NCBI GenBank assembly: GCA_963674695.2
Contig: CAXXGI010000003.1
Span: 608,001-672,000, forward strand
Length of the DNA stretch: 64,000 nt
Source of the DNA: a bacterium
Lineage (GTDB): Bacteria; UBA10199; 2-02-FULL-44-16; JAAZCA01
Reading direction: 5' to 3'
Part shown: positions 1 to 12,503 of the stretch, in pieces
Position numbering within the stretch: the stretch's first letter is position 1
How the letters are laid out: each line of letters opens with the position of its first letter
Notes under the pieces: model-generated
Seen by the model: only the letters and a program-made list of their open reading frames with translations
Databases searched by the model: none
Told to the model about the DNA's origin: nothing
Made by a program: the position numbers and the translations under genes

Positions 1-1546
1 CCCGACTCTTGAGCACCTGAGCGATGTTGAGCTTGTATTTGCGACAGGCTTTTTCGAGCAGCTCGCGCCCGACGGCGGCGCTCTTGTCGCGGTCCTCCAT
101 GCGCAGGAAGGAACGAATCTTGGTCTTTGCGCGCGAGGTCTTGACGAACTGCAGCCAATCCTTGTGGGGATGCTTGCGCTTTCCGCGCAGAATCTCCACC
201 GAATCGCCACTGCGCAGTTCATAGCGCAGGGGGACGATCTTTCCATTCACCTTGGCCCCGGTGGTGGAATGCCCCACATCGGTGTGGATGGAATAGGAGA
301 AATCGAGCGGTGTCGATCCGCGCGGAAATTCGAGGAGTTCCCCCTTTGGGGTGAAGACATAGACGTCATCGGCAAAGAGGTCGAGTTTGACGGTATCGAG
401 AAACTCAGCCGGATCGGAGAGCTCATTCTGCCATTCGAGCAGGCGCCGGATCCATTTAAATTTCATCTCATCCTTATCATCGATGAGGCGTCCTTCCTTA
501 TACTTCCAGTGAGCGGCGATGCCGTGCTCGGCGATATCGTGCATCTCTTCCGTACGAATTTGAAACTCAACGCGTTCTCCTTGCGGCCCGATGACGGTCG
601 TGTGCAGCGAGCGATAGTTGTTCGCCTTGGGCATGGCGATGTAGTCCTTGAACCGCCCCGGCACCGGTTTCCACTGTGCATGAATACAGCCAAGCGCTTC
701 ATAGCAGCGCTGAATCGATTCGGTTACGATGCGGAACGCAACGATGTCATGGATCTGGTCGAACGGGATGTGCTGCGCCTCCATCTTGCGCCAAATGCTG
801 TAATAATGCTTGAGCCGGCCGTACATCTCAAAGGGAATGCCGTTTTCCTGCATCTTCTCCCTGATGATCCGATGCACCTCGGCAATGTATTTATCGCGTT
901 GTCCCCTTCGCTTGCGCACCTGTTCGTCGATCATCTGAAAGATGTCGGGCTTGAGATACCGGAGGCAGAGATCCTCCAACTCGATCTTCATCTCCTGCAT
1001 GCCGAGCCGGTTGGCGATCGGGGCGTAGATGTCGAGTGTCTCCTGAGCGATGGCCACCTGGCGCATCTCGGGCATGTGGATAAGCGTGCGCATATTGTGC
1101 ACGCGGTCGGCGAGTTTGACGAGAATGACCCGGATGTCCTTGGCCATGGCCATGATCATCTTGCGAAAGTTCTCGGCCTGGCGCTGTTCGGAGGTGGTGA
1201 AATGGATCTTGGAGAGCTTGGTAACGCCATCGACCAATTGTCGCACATCCGTACCGAAGAGCTGCTCGATCTCCTCGACGGTGGCCACAGTGTCCTCGAC
1301 CGTGTCGTGCAGGAGCGCGGTGGCGATCGACGGAACATCGAGCTTCATCTTCGCCAGGATCCCCGCCACCGACATGGGATGGATCAGATACGGTTCGCCG
1401 GAGCGCCGCGTCTGCCCCTGATGGGCCTTGGCCGCGAAGACATAGGCCTTTTTGATGAGATCGACGTCGGCGTCGGGATTATAGGTTGTGACGATATCGA
1501 GGATATCGTTCAGGCGAATCATGGATGTGCTGTCGTCTGATGCCAT
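1..1546 (-). CDS. spoT: Bifunctional (p)ppGpp synthetase/hydrolase RelA/SpoT, 3' end beyond window start
   Basis: Manual translation from ATG 1546 (GGAGG upstream): MASDDSTSMIRLNDILDIV...KAHQGQTRRSGEPYLIHP...ALLHDTVEDT, an RSH HD domain. Absent from the ORF track because no stop falls inside the window. Confidence 0.95.
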   Translation of the reverse strand, partial: MASDDSTSMIRLNDILDIVTTYNPDADVDLIKKAYVFAAKAHQGQTRRSGEPYLIHPMSVAGILAKMKLDVPSIATALLHDTVEDTVATVEEIEQLFGTDVRQLVDGVTKLSKIHFTTSEQRQAENFRKMIMAMAKDIRVILVKLADRVHNMRTLIHMPEMRQVAIAQETLDIYAPIANRLGMQEMKIELEDLCLRYLKPDIFQMIDEQVRKRRGQRDKYIAEVHRIIREKMQENGIPFEMYGRLKHYYSIWRKMEAQHIPFDQIHDIVAFRIVTESIQRCYEALGCIHAQWKPVPGRFKDYIAMPKANNYRSLHTTVIGPQGERVEFQIRTEEMHDIAEHGIAAHWKYKEGRLIDDKDEMKFKWIRRLLEWQNELSDPAEFLDTVKLDLFADDVYVFTPKGELLEFPRGSTPLDFSYSIHTDVGHSTTGAKVNGKIVPLRYELRSGDSVEILRGKRKHPHKDWLQFVKTSRAKTKIRSFLRMEDRDKSAAVGRELLEKACRKYKLNIAQVLKSR

Positions 1547-1624
1547 TGCGAGCGTTTATCCTCCCCAGCGATCAGCCTAAGCTATCGGAAGGATTGCGCC
1601 TTTTCAAGCGCCTTTTGCCATTCC

Positions 1625-2191
1625 TCACGCTTTTCGGGTGGCTTCATCGACCAGGGCGATGAGTTCGTCGGCGGCCTGCTCGATGCGATCGTTGACGATC
1701 GTGCGATCATAGCGGTCTTTGAAGGCGAGCTCACGCTGGGCATTGGAGAGGCGCAGCGCGATCTGTTCGGGGCTATCCGTTGCCCGGCCGGAGAGCCGCC
1801 GCTCGAGTTCCGCCATGTTGGGAGGGAGCAGGAAGACGGTGATGGCATCTGGAAAGGCGCCTTTGATCGCCATCCCCCCCTGCACGTCGATGTCGAGCAA
1901 GACGTCATCACCCGCTGCGAGCATCGATTCGAGCTTGGCACGGGGGGTTCCATAGCGCTCGCCATGCACCTCGGCCCACTCGACGAACGCCCCGTCGTCG
2001 ATCATCTGCTGGAATGTCGACCGATCGACGAAGAGATACTCGCGGCCATCGACCTCCCCCTTCCGTTGGGGGCGTGTCGTGGCGGAAACAGAAAACCACA
2101 TGTCCGGCCGAAGCTCCTTGAGGCGAGCCAAGACCGTGGATTTTCCCGTTCCCGATGGGGCAGAGATGATAAACAATCGCCCTTTATTCAT
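1625..2191 (-). CDS. gmk: Guanylate kinase
   Basis: ISAPSGTGKST P-loop, SVSATTR, EVDGREY, YGTP, LDIDVQG. Confidence 0.97.
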   Translation of the reverse strand: MNKGRLFIISAPSGTGKSTVLARLKELRPDMWFSVSATTRPQRKGEVDGREYLFVDRSTFQQMIDDGAFVEWAEVHGERYGTPRAKLESMLAAGDDVLLDIDVQGGMAIKGAFPDAITVFLLPPNMAELERRLSGRATDSPEQIALRLSNAQRELAFKDRYDRTIVNDRIEQAADELIALVDEATRKA

Positions 2192-2207
2192 CTGCACCTA
2201 CTCAGTT

Positions 2208-2301
2208 GCTGGGACGATGGACGAAAAAGCCCTTTCGTCCTAGATCCCGGAGGGATCGATCGTCCCTCGTCCTAGCGAACAACATTCGCGATCGTCCATC
2301 G
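2208..2301. repeat. Dispersed ~94-bp intergenic element built from TCGTCCN heptamers plus small hairpins (copy 1)
   Basis: Colinear, highly similar copy at 61141-61234 (shared AGATCCCGGAGGGATCGATCGTCC and GCGAAC..TTCGCGATCGTCC). Confidence 0.85.
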
Positions 2302-2311
2302 CATCATTGAC

Positions 2312-3187
2312 CTATTCGACATTCTGGATCTGCTCGCGCAAGCGCTCCAGCTCGCTTTTGGCATCGACGACGAGCTGAGAGATCTTGGCGTCGGAACCCT
2401 TTGAGCCGATGGTGTTGATCTCGCGGTTCATCTCCTGCAACAGAAAGTCGAGCTTGCGCCCAACCGGCTCTTTCTGGTCGATGAGCTTGGCATACTGCTT
2501 GGCGTGGCTCTCCAAGCGGACAAGTTCCTCGGCGATATCTTGACGGCCGGAAAGATAGGAGACTTCCATCTGGAGACGCTGTTCACCCGCTTCTTTTGCT
2601 CCTCCCATCCCCGAGGCCTTCTTCCGCAGGCGCTTGAGATGGGCATCGAGCGCATGATCCGACTGCTTTCGAATCGCACGCGTCACCCGGCGAATGTGAT
2701 CGAGCCGCTGTTTCTGGTCACGTTTGATATGCGCCCCTTCCTGCACGCGCATCTTGTTGGCACTGGTCGCGGCTCGCTTGAGGAGGGTTGCAATCTGCCC
2801 CCAGAGACGTTCATAGGAGCCTTCACGTTCCTCCACGCGCAGGATGCGATCCAACCCCACGGTTCCCAGAAAGGATGGCTCCTCTTTGAGTTTGAGCTCC
2901 CGCTTGAGCGAGCGCAGCATCGTCCGATAGCGCTGGGCCAGTTCTTTATCGATCGAGATCGTGGTGCCGCCGAAGAGCGATTCCTTTTCCCGGAAAAAGA
3001 CATCTACCTTGCCTCGCCGATAGAGCGGAGTGAGCACCTTGCGAATGCGCGCTTCAAGCACGCCCATTCGTGATGGAATCTTGATGCTGAATTCACTGAA
3101 GCGATGGTTCACACTCTTGATCTCGACGAAGAGTCGCCCCTTGCCGACCTTCCCCTCCGCCGTTCCAAAACCCGTCATCGATTTCAT
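2312..3187 (-). CDS. yicC: YicC/YloC family endoribonuclease
   Basis: MKSMTGFG, EIKSVNHRF, EELVRLESH, GRKLDFLLQEMNREINTIGSK, EQIQNVE. Confidence 0.95.
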   Translation of the reverse strand: MKSMTGFGTAEGKVGKGRLFVEIKSVNHRFSEFSIKIPSRMGVLEARIRKVLTPLYRRGKVDVFFREKESLFGGTTISIDKELAQRYRTMLRSLKRELKLKEEPSFLGTVGLDRILRVEEREGSYERLWGQIATLLKRAATSANKMRVQEGAHIKRDQKQRLDHIRRVTRAIRKQSDHALDAHLKRLRKKASGMGGAKEAGEQRLQMEVSYLSGRQDIAEELVRLESHAKQYAKLIDQKEPVGRKLDFLLQEMNREINTIGSKGSDAKISQLVVDAKSELERLREQIQNVE

Positions 3188-3238
3188 ATTTTCCGCCTTT
3201 TGTTGTTTTCACGTAACTATTCAGGTGCTTCTTTGAGC

Positions 3239-3326
3239 TGTCATCCTGAGCGAGTCCGGGACGGACGAGTCGAAGGATCTCATGAGATCCCTCGATTACG
3301 CCCTCCGGGCTTCACTCGGGATGACA
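3239..3326. repeat. REP-like palindromic element (GTCATCCTGAGCG...GGATCT / AGATCC...CTCGGGATGAC type)
   Basis: Terminal TGTCATCC...GGATGACA inversion with internal hairpins, intergenic. Confidence 0.7.
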
Positions 3327-3342
3327 CATTTTTCAACTGCTC

Positions 3343-3987
3343 TCACCCTTCATACGTTACCGTCGTTTCGCCAAATTCGATCGCGTCCCCGCGACTGAGC
3401 AGCGTTGATTCAATTTCGTTCCCATTGACGAACGTGCCATTCTTGCTGACCAGATCAAGGATGCCAACTGCACCCTCCTCGGCAAAGACCATCGCATGCA
3501 GTCGTGAGAGGCTCGAATCCGTGAAGACGATATCCGCCGCGCGCCGAAAAATGCCGAGTTCCGAGCCGCCTGCTGGCGTAGTCCCCGTCGCCTTCTGAAA
3601 CTGTCGGCCGATGTACTGCAGGATGAGGCTTTTGGTGCTCTCGTCGAGCTCCAAGCTGATGTCGACATTGAAGACGGAGGTCTTATTCGGATCGACCTGT
3701 GCACGACCGATAGCCCGGCACGTGCCCTGCTCGACCTGAAAGCTCATATTGATGTCGGGTCCCTTGATCACCCGAAAGCTGACGCGAGGCAGTCGCACCG
3801 ACCCGCTCCCCCCGCGTGTTCCCGGGCGCAGCGCTTCTTCGACCGTCATGATGGGGATACCGTCTCGAATGGGATACTTGATCTTGCAGCGCTCGCAGGA
3901 AAGTGATTGACCGCCGTCGATATTTTTCACCTTTCCCTTGCATTGAGGACACGCCAGGATGTCGATCAACTTCGCGTCGAGCGCCAT
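3343..3987 (-). CDS. Trm112/YcaR-like zinc-ribbon domain fused to an FHA domain
   Basis: LIDILACPQCKG...CERCKIKYPIRDGIPIM (UPF0434). C-terminal IGR...SLSRLHA...SKNGTFVNG...LSRGDAIEFG (FHA). Confidence 0.8.
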   Translation of the reverse strand: MALDAKLIDILACPQCKGKVKNIDGGQSLSCERCKIKYPIRDGIPIMTVEEALRPGTRGGSGSVRLPRVSFRVIKGPDINMSFQVEQGTCRAIGRAQVDPNKTSVFNVDISLELDESTKSLILQYIGRQFQKATGTTPAGGSELGIFRRAADIVFTDSSLSRLHAMVFAEEGAVGILDLVSKNGTFVNGNEIESTLLSRGDAIEFGETTVTYEG

Positions 3988-3989
3988 AA

Positions 3990-4559
3990 TCACCTCTTTT
4001 TTCCGCGGTGTCGGGCATTGTACTGTGCGATGACCCCATCCGTCAAATCCCGGCTGTTCGGAGCATAGAGGACAATATCCTGCGATTTCTCGAGGATGAG
4101 GGTATATCCTTGCTTCTCCCCCAACTCGCGGACGATCGTGCGCAGTCGGCTCAGGATATCATCCGTGAGCTGTTCCTCTTTGAGCGACATCTCCCGCTGA
4201 AAGGATGCCAGCCGCTGTTGGAGCTCGAGATACTTCTGGCTATAGCGCTCCTCACGACTTCTGATGACTTCCACCGGAGCCGAAGCCCGATCGTCGTCGA
4301 TCGCCTCCTGTTGTGTGCGGAGTTCCTTCTGCAACCGGGTGAGGACGGCCTGCTTCTCCTTGAATTCATCTTTCAGGCGCTGTTTCGCAGCACGGCCATC
4401 GGTCACCTCGTTGAGTGCCCGCTTGAAATCAACATATCCGATCGTCGCTCCAGCGTCGCCCGTGGGTGCCTTCGCTTCCACCGCATGCGCGGCAACCGGA
4501 ACCAATAGGGCTATGGCGCAGAGAAAACCGAGTGATGCGCGGAAGAGACCTCGATACAT
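3990..4559 (-). CDS. skp: OmpH/Skp periplasmic chaperone (paralog 2)
   Basis: Signal peptide, IGYVDFKRAL, coiled coil, GYTLILEK..VLYA..DLT. Start chosen at MYRGLF after GGAGG. Confidence 0.88.
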   Translation of the reverse strand: MYRGLFRASLGFLCAIALLVPVAAHAVEAKAPTGDAGATIGYVDFKRALNEVTDGRAAKQRLKDEFKEKQAVLTRLQKELRTQQEAIDDDRASAPVEVIRSREERYSQKYLELQQRLASFQREMSLKEEQLTDDILSRLRTIVRELGEKQGYTLILEKSQDIVLYAPNSRDLTDGVIAQYNARHRGKKR

Positions 4560-4650
4560 GCGTACCTCCATTGCCGACAGGTAGACAAACGCGGAACGCA
4601 TCTGATGAGAGCCTCATGCGTTCCGCGCTTGTCCTCGTCTGCTTCCCCGC

Positions 4651-5187
4651 TTACTTCTTGTTATATTTTGTGATCACCTGGCTGGTCAGATCCGTTCCTG
4701 GAGGGGCATATAACGCCATCTCACGTGGGACGATGATCGCATAGCCATCCTTCTGGCCGATATCCTGGATGATCTTCTGAATCTTTTCGCTGATCGGCTT
4801 GATGAGGCTGGCTTCCTTCTCAGAAAAGGATTTTTCAAAATCGACGCTCATGCGCTGCAGCTCCATGAACTTCTGCTGAAACTGCATCTCCTTCTCCTTG
4901 AGCGCTTCCGCCGAATAGGTCAGGCGCTGCTTCTCAAGGTTCTCCTTCATCTTCTTCAATTCGTTCTGCAGGATCTCGAGCTTCTGGCGCTTGGCCTTTC
5001 CGTCCGCTTCGAGTTTGGAGCGAGCCTGCTTGCCTTCGTTGACCTCATTCAGACAGCGATTGAGATCGACATAACCGACTTTCGATGCCGTACCCGCTGC
5101 CGCAGAGGCCTGCGCCTTCGCGATCTGGACCGTCGTCACCGCAAGCACCAGTAGAACCACCGCCATCACTGAAATTGCTTTTTTCAT
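4651..5187 (-). CDS. skp: OmpH/Skp periplasmic chaperone (paralog 1)
   Basis: Signal peptide, KVGYVDLNRCL, GYAIIV..ALYA..DLTSQVI; directly downstream of bamA. Confidence 0.92.
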   Translation of the reverse strand: MKKAISVMAVVLLVLAVTTVQIAKAQASAAAGTASKVGYVDLNRCLNEVNEGKQARSKLEADGKAKRQKLEILQNELKKMKENLEKQRLTYSAEALKEKEMQFQQKFMELQRMSVDFEKSFSEKEASLIKPISEKIQKIIQDIGQKDGYAIIVPREMALYAPPGTDLTSQVITKYNKK

Positions 5188-5272
5188 CTTTTCACCTCCT
5201 GATGTGTGTTTTGAGCCTCAAGGAATTTGGAGCCTATAGAATAAAGAGCCTTGGAAGACAAGGGTATTCTTG

Positions 5273-7599
5273 TCAGAAGAAGTTTCCGATCGTGAAGTTG
5301 AAGACCACCGAATCCTCTCCTGGACGACGCTCGATCGGGATGCCCCATTCGAACCGAAGCGGGCCCATCGGCGAGTTCCAGCGCACGCCAAAACCGTAGT
5401 CGAGCCGGAGGTTGAGGAGGTTGTAATTCTGGTTCTCCGAAAAGGAATTTCCGGCGTCGAAGAAGACTACGCCGCGAACGCCCGCCTTGTCATAGATCGG
5501 AAACTCCACCTCGGTGACAAACAGCATCAGCTTGTCGCCGCCGTAGACGAAGTCCTCGTCGCGGCCGGAGGGGGTGCGCGGAATACGCAGCTTCGGTCCC
5601 ACGGAGTTCGGATAGTACCCGCGAAGGCTGTTCACACCACCGGTGAAGAATCGCTCGTAGAGCGGCACCGGTTTATTGTTGAGGCTCTTGATGTAGCCGA
5701 TGCGGAAGAACTGCCGGAACGTGATCGTCTTCCAGATCGGCTGATAGACCATCGAACGAAAGTTGACGCGGTAGAAATCGTTGTCGCCACCGAGCTTGCT
5801 GCCGCTGATCTCCTGCCCCAGGAGATGATAGAGACCTTTGCTCGTCGTGATCCGGTTGTCACGCGTATCGCGCGCGAGGGTGAGGCTGATCGCCGACGTG
5901 ATGCCGCTGGCATCCTGCCGGAAGAGCTGCGGGACGATGTAGCTGAAATCGCCCACCTTCACCTGCTCAAACTGATAGCCGATGTTGGCTGTGCAGTATT
6001 CGAAGAAGCGGTGACCGATATTGAGTTCGCCACCGGTCGCTTCACGCCGGAAGTCGGTATAGCGATAAGCCGATCGATATCCAGAGACGCCGACGATCCA
6101 CTTCGTATCGAGAAAGTAGGGGTCGGTCAGCGACAGCATGAAGAGCTGGCGTTTCTTCGACAGCTCCGTTGAAATCGATCCACTGATGCCATAGCCGAAG
6201 AAGTTCTCCTTCTGCACGGAGGCGTTGAAGATGAAGTGTTCTGCCGAGGAGAAACCGGCGCCGATATTGAAGCTGCCGGTTGACTTCTCCTTCACCTCGA
6301 CCTTCAGGATCATCGTATCATCGCGACTTCCGCGCGGAGTGGCAAAGTTCACATCCTCGAAGTACCCCAGCCGCATCAGGTTCTCTTTGCTTTTGCGCAG
6401 TAATCGCTCGCTGTAACGATCGTCTTCCATCAACTCCATCTCACGCCGAATGACCTTGTCGCGCGTGGTCGTATTGCCCGTGATGATGATCTTCTCGATG
6501 TTGACGCGTTTGCCCTTCGTCACATTGAAGTCGATGTCCACGGTCAGGTCTTCATCGTTCGGGACGCTCCGCGGAACGATGCTGGCGAAGGCATACCCTT
6601 CATCTCCATAGGTATCGGTCAGACGCATCACATCCTGATCGAGGGTTCGCTGCACATAGATGTCGCCCGGCTTCGTCCCGAGCTCACTCATCAGTTCTTC
6701 GCGTGTGGTGAGGATGTCGCCGCTGATATCGACTTTGCCGATGCGGTACTGTTTGCCCTCGTGGACCTGGAACGTGACAAAGATATAGCGTCGGTCCTTG
6801 GAGATCGTCGTGCGCGGCGGTGCCACCTTTACCTTCAGGTATCCGTGATTGAGATAGAAATACGTGAGCATGAGCACATCGTTGCGCAACATCTCCTCAT
6901 CGTATTTCCCGGTGTTGGTGATGAACGAGAAGACACCCTTTCGCCTCGTCCGAATGTTTTCGCGCAGCTCGTCATCGTCGAAGACTTCATTTCCAATGAA
7001 CTGAACACGGCGAACCATCACGCGCTGATTCTCGCGAACATCGAAGATCAGCTTGGCCTCGCCCTCCTCCTGTGTCTCGAGATGATAGTCGACGCCGGCC
7101 AGATAATAGCCCTTCTTCGCATACGCCTCGCGAATCTTCTGCATCGATTCAGCCACATCTTCCTCATCGAGCACCGAAAAAGCGCGCTGCACGACCTCGG
7201 CGCGCAGATCATCCGCCTTGATCTTGCGGTTTCCGGAAAACTCGATCTCGGAGATGAGCGGTTTTTCGATGAAGATATAGGTGATGCGCGTGCCACCGGG
7301 AACGGCGGTGCTGTCGACCTGCACGTCCTGAAACTGCCCGAGCTTGTAGAGCGCCCTGATGTCGTTGTCGATTTGTTCGAGATTCAGCGGTGCCCCGACG
7401 CGCGTAGTGATGTTGTTCGTGACCGCCCCTTCCGGCGTGCGCACGAGGCCCTTAAAGGCGACCTCCGTGACGATGGACGAAGCCGCCAGCGCGGTCGCAT
7501 ACCAGAGCACCACCGCGACGATGAGCGCTGTTCCTGTGAGATATCTCCGCATGTTCCCCCGAAATGACATGAAAGTGCTCTTTCTGAATGCGCTCTGCA

Positions 7600-7603
<4 letters not shown>
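5273..7603 (-). CDS. bamA: Outer membrane protein assembly factor BamA (start may be 7552)
   Basis: POTRA repeats (GNTTTRDKVIRRE), SLRGY motif, GFGVRWNSPMGPLRFEWG, C-terminal Phe. Confidence 0.97.
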
Positions 7604-8289
<686 letters not shown>

Positions 8290-8323
8290 GAAATCCCTTT
8301 CTCCAACCCGCGCTTGCCGGGCC

Positions 8324-9589
8324 TTATCGATGCAACCCCTCGATGATCGGTGCACGAACGAGCTTGCGCGCAGCCACCTGTGAGGAAAGCCAAACGACCC
8401 CCAGACAAAAGAGCGCCAAAGTGCCGCATATCATTGGGGAAATGTCAATAGGCAGCCGATCGACGAGATAGATCTCCGGCGCCAGCGGCACGACATCGAC
8501 ATACTTTATGATCAAGGAGATGGCTACCCCAATCGCCATGCCCACGGCAATTCCCCACAGGCCGATGCGTAGGCCCGCACGGACGAGCAGCCCTCCGATG
8601 ACGCGATCGGGAATGCCGAGCGATTTGAAGATGCTCACCTCCCGATAGCGACGGATGGTCATCAGCGTGAGACAGGCGATGATGTTGAGCGCCGCGACCA
8701 CGACCATGAGGCTCATGACGATGAGCAGTAATAACCGTTCGAGTCGCACGGCCGAGAGCAGCTCGCTGTTGAGCTGATCCCAGGTGATGAGCTGATACGG
8801 AGGCCCCATCGCCCCCTCGATGGCACGAGCCATCGCTCCCGCGTCCATCGGGTCGTCCAGATCGATCTCCACTCCGGTGATGGCATCGGCATCGGTTCCA
8901 AAGAGCTGACGAACCGCCTGCATCGGCATCATGAGAAATTGGGTATCAAAATCGTGCATCCCGGAGGCAAAGGTTCCCACGACGACCGCTTCGACCAGAC
9001 GATGACGAGACGCCCCCTCCGCTTCCGATCCGGGGATCATCAGGCGAAACGAAGCCGGCCCACCGAGTTTCTCCGCGAGCGATCGACCCACGATGACCGG
9101 ATAGGCATCGCGCCCCTTGCGCTGAAACGGTTCGGCGAGCGTCGGAACGTCCGCCGTCAGGCGCAGGCGCGCGCCGCTGACCGCGCCAAATCCCTTCGGA
9201 TCGATCCCCTTGATGACCACGCCAAAGATGCGCCCCTTGCCGAGGGCCAGTCCCTCGCGATAGAGAAACGGCGAAAGACCGGTGACGCGCCCCTGTAGCG
9301 GCCTGCCCTTCTCGGCACCCAGCTCTTCGAGCACGCGTTTGAGTTCATCCACATCATCCATGCTGCTCGTCCCCATGAGGACGACATGGGCATTAAAACC
9401 CGTGAGCGCCTTGGTATAGCTCTGTTCGAAACCGCGGCCGATCGCGCTGGCGACGGTGAGCGCGGCCACCGCGACGGCGAGTCCCGCGATGGAGACGATG
9501 CGCATGGCGCGCACCGAACGCGGAAGCGCCGCATGCGACTGAAACCGCTCGCTGATAAAGGTGATAAGAGGTGTGCAGGAGCTACTCAT
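8324..9589 (-). CDS. LolC/E-family ABC permease (FtsX/MacB type)
   Basis: N-terminal TM, periplasmic domain, VVAALNII, EIYLVDRLP; context lysS-lol-bamA. Confidence 0.85.
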   Translation of the reverse strand: MSSSCTPLITFISERFQSHAALPRSVRAMRIVSIAGLAVAVAALTVASAIGRGFEQSYTKALTGFNAHVVLMGTSSMDDVDELKRVLEELGAEKGRPLQGRVTGLSPFLYREGLALGKGRIFGVVIKGIDPKGFGAVSGARLRLTADVPTLAEPFQRKGRDAYPVIVGRSLAEKLGGPASFRLMIPGSEAEGASRHRLVEAVVVGTFASGMHDFDTQFLMMPMQAVRQLFGTDADAITGVEIDLDDPMDAGAMARAIEGAMGPPYQLITWDQLNSELLSAVRLERLLLLIVMSLMVVVAALNIIACLTLMTIRRYREVSIFKSLGIPDRVIGGLLVRAGLRIGLWGIAVGMAIGVAISLIIKYVDVVPLAPEIYLVDRLPIDISPMICGTLALFCLGVVWLSSQVAARKLVRAPIIEGLHR

Positions 9590-10835
9590 ACCGCAGCACC
9601 TCCGCAGGATCGAGACGCGTCGTCTGCCGCGCGGGAACGATCGAGGCGACGAGCGCGATGGCTATTCCCGCAAGCGCGAAGAGGAGCGCGGCCACGGGGT
9701 TCACCTCGACGGGCAAAAAATCCAGATAGTAGGAATCGGGCAACCGAACCGGCCAGAGGATCAGCGCGCCGATGATCCCCATCCCCGCGGCGAGACCGAT
9801 GAAGGAGCCGACCGCGCCGATGAGGGCCGCTTGCACGAGGAAGATGCGCTGTATGCCACGCCTGGTCATGCCGATCGCCTCGAGCAGGGCGATGTCCTTT
9901 CGTTTGGCCGCTCCCACCAGGAGGATGACGCCGATGATCGCACAGGAGGCGATGAGCACGACCAGGAAGAGGATCGCCCCCATCGCGGTGCGTTCCAGCG
10001 CCAGCGCGGCAAAGAGTTTTCGATTCTGTTGATGGATGCCCTCAGCCTCCCATCCTGCCGGAAGCTTTGGCGTGACCGCGGCGACCATTTCCGGCGCTGC
10101 GGTCGTGGTGTTCAGCCAGACATGCCAGCCCTCACGGGCCTGCTGGCCGAGCAATCGTCGGGCATCTTCGAGGGTGGTGAGGATCATCTTGCCGTCATAC
10201 TCATAGAGCCCGGTGCGAAAGAGACCGTTGAGAACGAATGGCCGACTCGAAGGAAGCAGCTCTCCGGTCGGTCCCACCTCGGCCAGCGGTGCGGTGAGCA
10301 TGAGCCTATCTTCGAAATCGGGGTGAACGGCAAGCTCTCCGGCCATCTCTCTGCCGATGATCGCCCCGGGGATCTCCTCGCCCGCGCGCGGCGCAAGCGG
10401 GTCTGACGCATCGACCGATTCCGGCAGGACGAGCCCGAGGCCGGCGATGCGCTCGAGGGAAGAACGGTCGATCCCGCGCACGCGGCCGCCCATGGCGATG
10501 GGATCGCGAGCCACATTGGACTGGACGATGACCTCCCCCTCGACGAAGGGACTCACATCCCGCAGCGCGCCGTTGGGAAAAAGCGCGCGCACCTGATCGG
10601 CATCGAGCAACGCCCCTTCATCCGTACGCGTCAGGGTGACGGGGGCGTTGAGCGCGGTCAGTCGCGTTGAGAGCTCTTCGCGAAAGCCACGCATCACACC
10701 CATGACCACGGTGAGCGCACAGATCCCCATGGCGACACTCAGAAGAGCGGTCACCTTGAGCAACGGCGCAAAACGTCCCGTGTGAGGAGAACGCAGAAAA
10801 CGTCCGGCGATCCAGGAAGAAAGGTTCATCATCAA
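9582..10835 (-). CDS. LolC/E-family ABC permease
   Basis: VVMGVMRGF, NRKLFAALALE, KRKDIALL, YYLDFLP, LDPAEVLRYE C-terminus. Confidence 0.9.
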   Translation of the reverse strand: MMMNLSSWIAGRFLRSPHTGRFAPLLKVTALLSVAMGICALTVVMGVMRGFREELSTRLTALNAPVTLTRTDEGALLDADQVRALFPNGALRDVSPFVEGEVIVQSNVARDPIAMGGRVRGIDRSSLERIAGLGLVLPESVDASDPLAPRAGEEIPGAIIGREMAGELAVHPDFEDRLMLTAPLAEVGPTGELLPSSRPFVLNGLFRTGLYEYDGKMILTTLEDARRLLGQQAREGWHVWLNTTTAAPEMVAAVTPKLPAGWEAEGIHQQNRKLFAALALERTAMGAILFLVVLIASCAIIGVILLVGAAKRKDIALLEAIGMTRRGIQRIFLVQAALIGAVGSFIGLAAGMGIIGALILWPVRLPDSYYLDFLPVEVNPVAALLFALAGIAIALVASIVPARQTTRLDPAEVLRYE

Positions 10836-10836
10836 T

Positions 10837-10931
10837 CGTGAACCGTGAACCGTAAACGGTGAACGGTAAACGGCAAACAGAAACTGCCAGAACTGCCTTC
10901 TGTTTACCCCTCACTGTTCACAGCTTACCGT

Positions 10932-10943
<12 letters not shown>
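10837..10943. repeat. Inverted pair of heptamer tandem arrays (NGTRAAC x6 / reverse complement x6)
   Basis: CGTGAAC CGTGAAC CGTAAAC GGTGAAC GGTAAAC GGCAAAC ... GTTTACC CCTCACT GTTCACA GCTTACC GTTCACA GTTCACG. Confidence 0.9.
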
Positions 10944-12416
<1,473 letters not shown>

Positions 12417-12503
12417 AGGAAATATCCTCGATTCTGTCGAAATTTCGCCGAGTTATAGTGAAGATCGAGGGGAAGTCAAGTGCTAGGGTCTTCGGAAAAT
12501 CCT

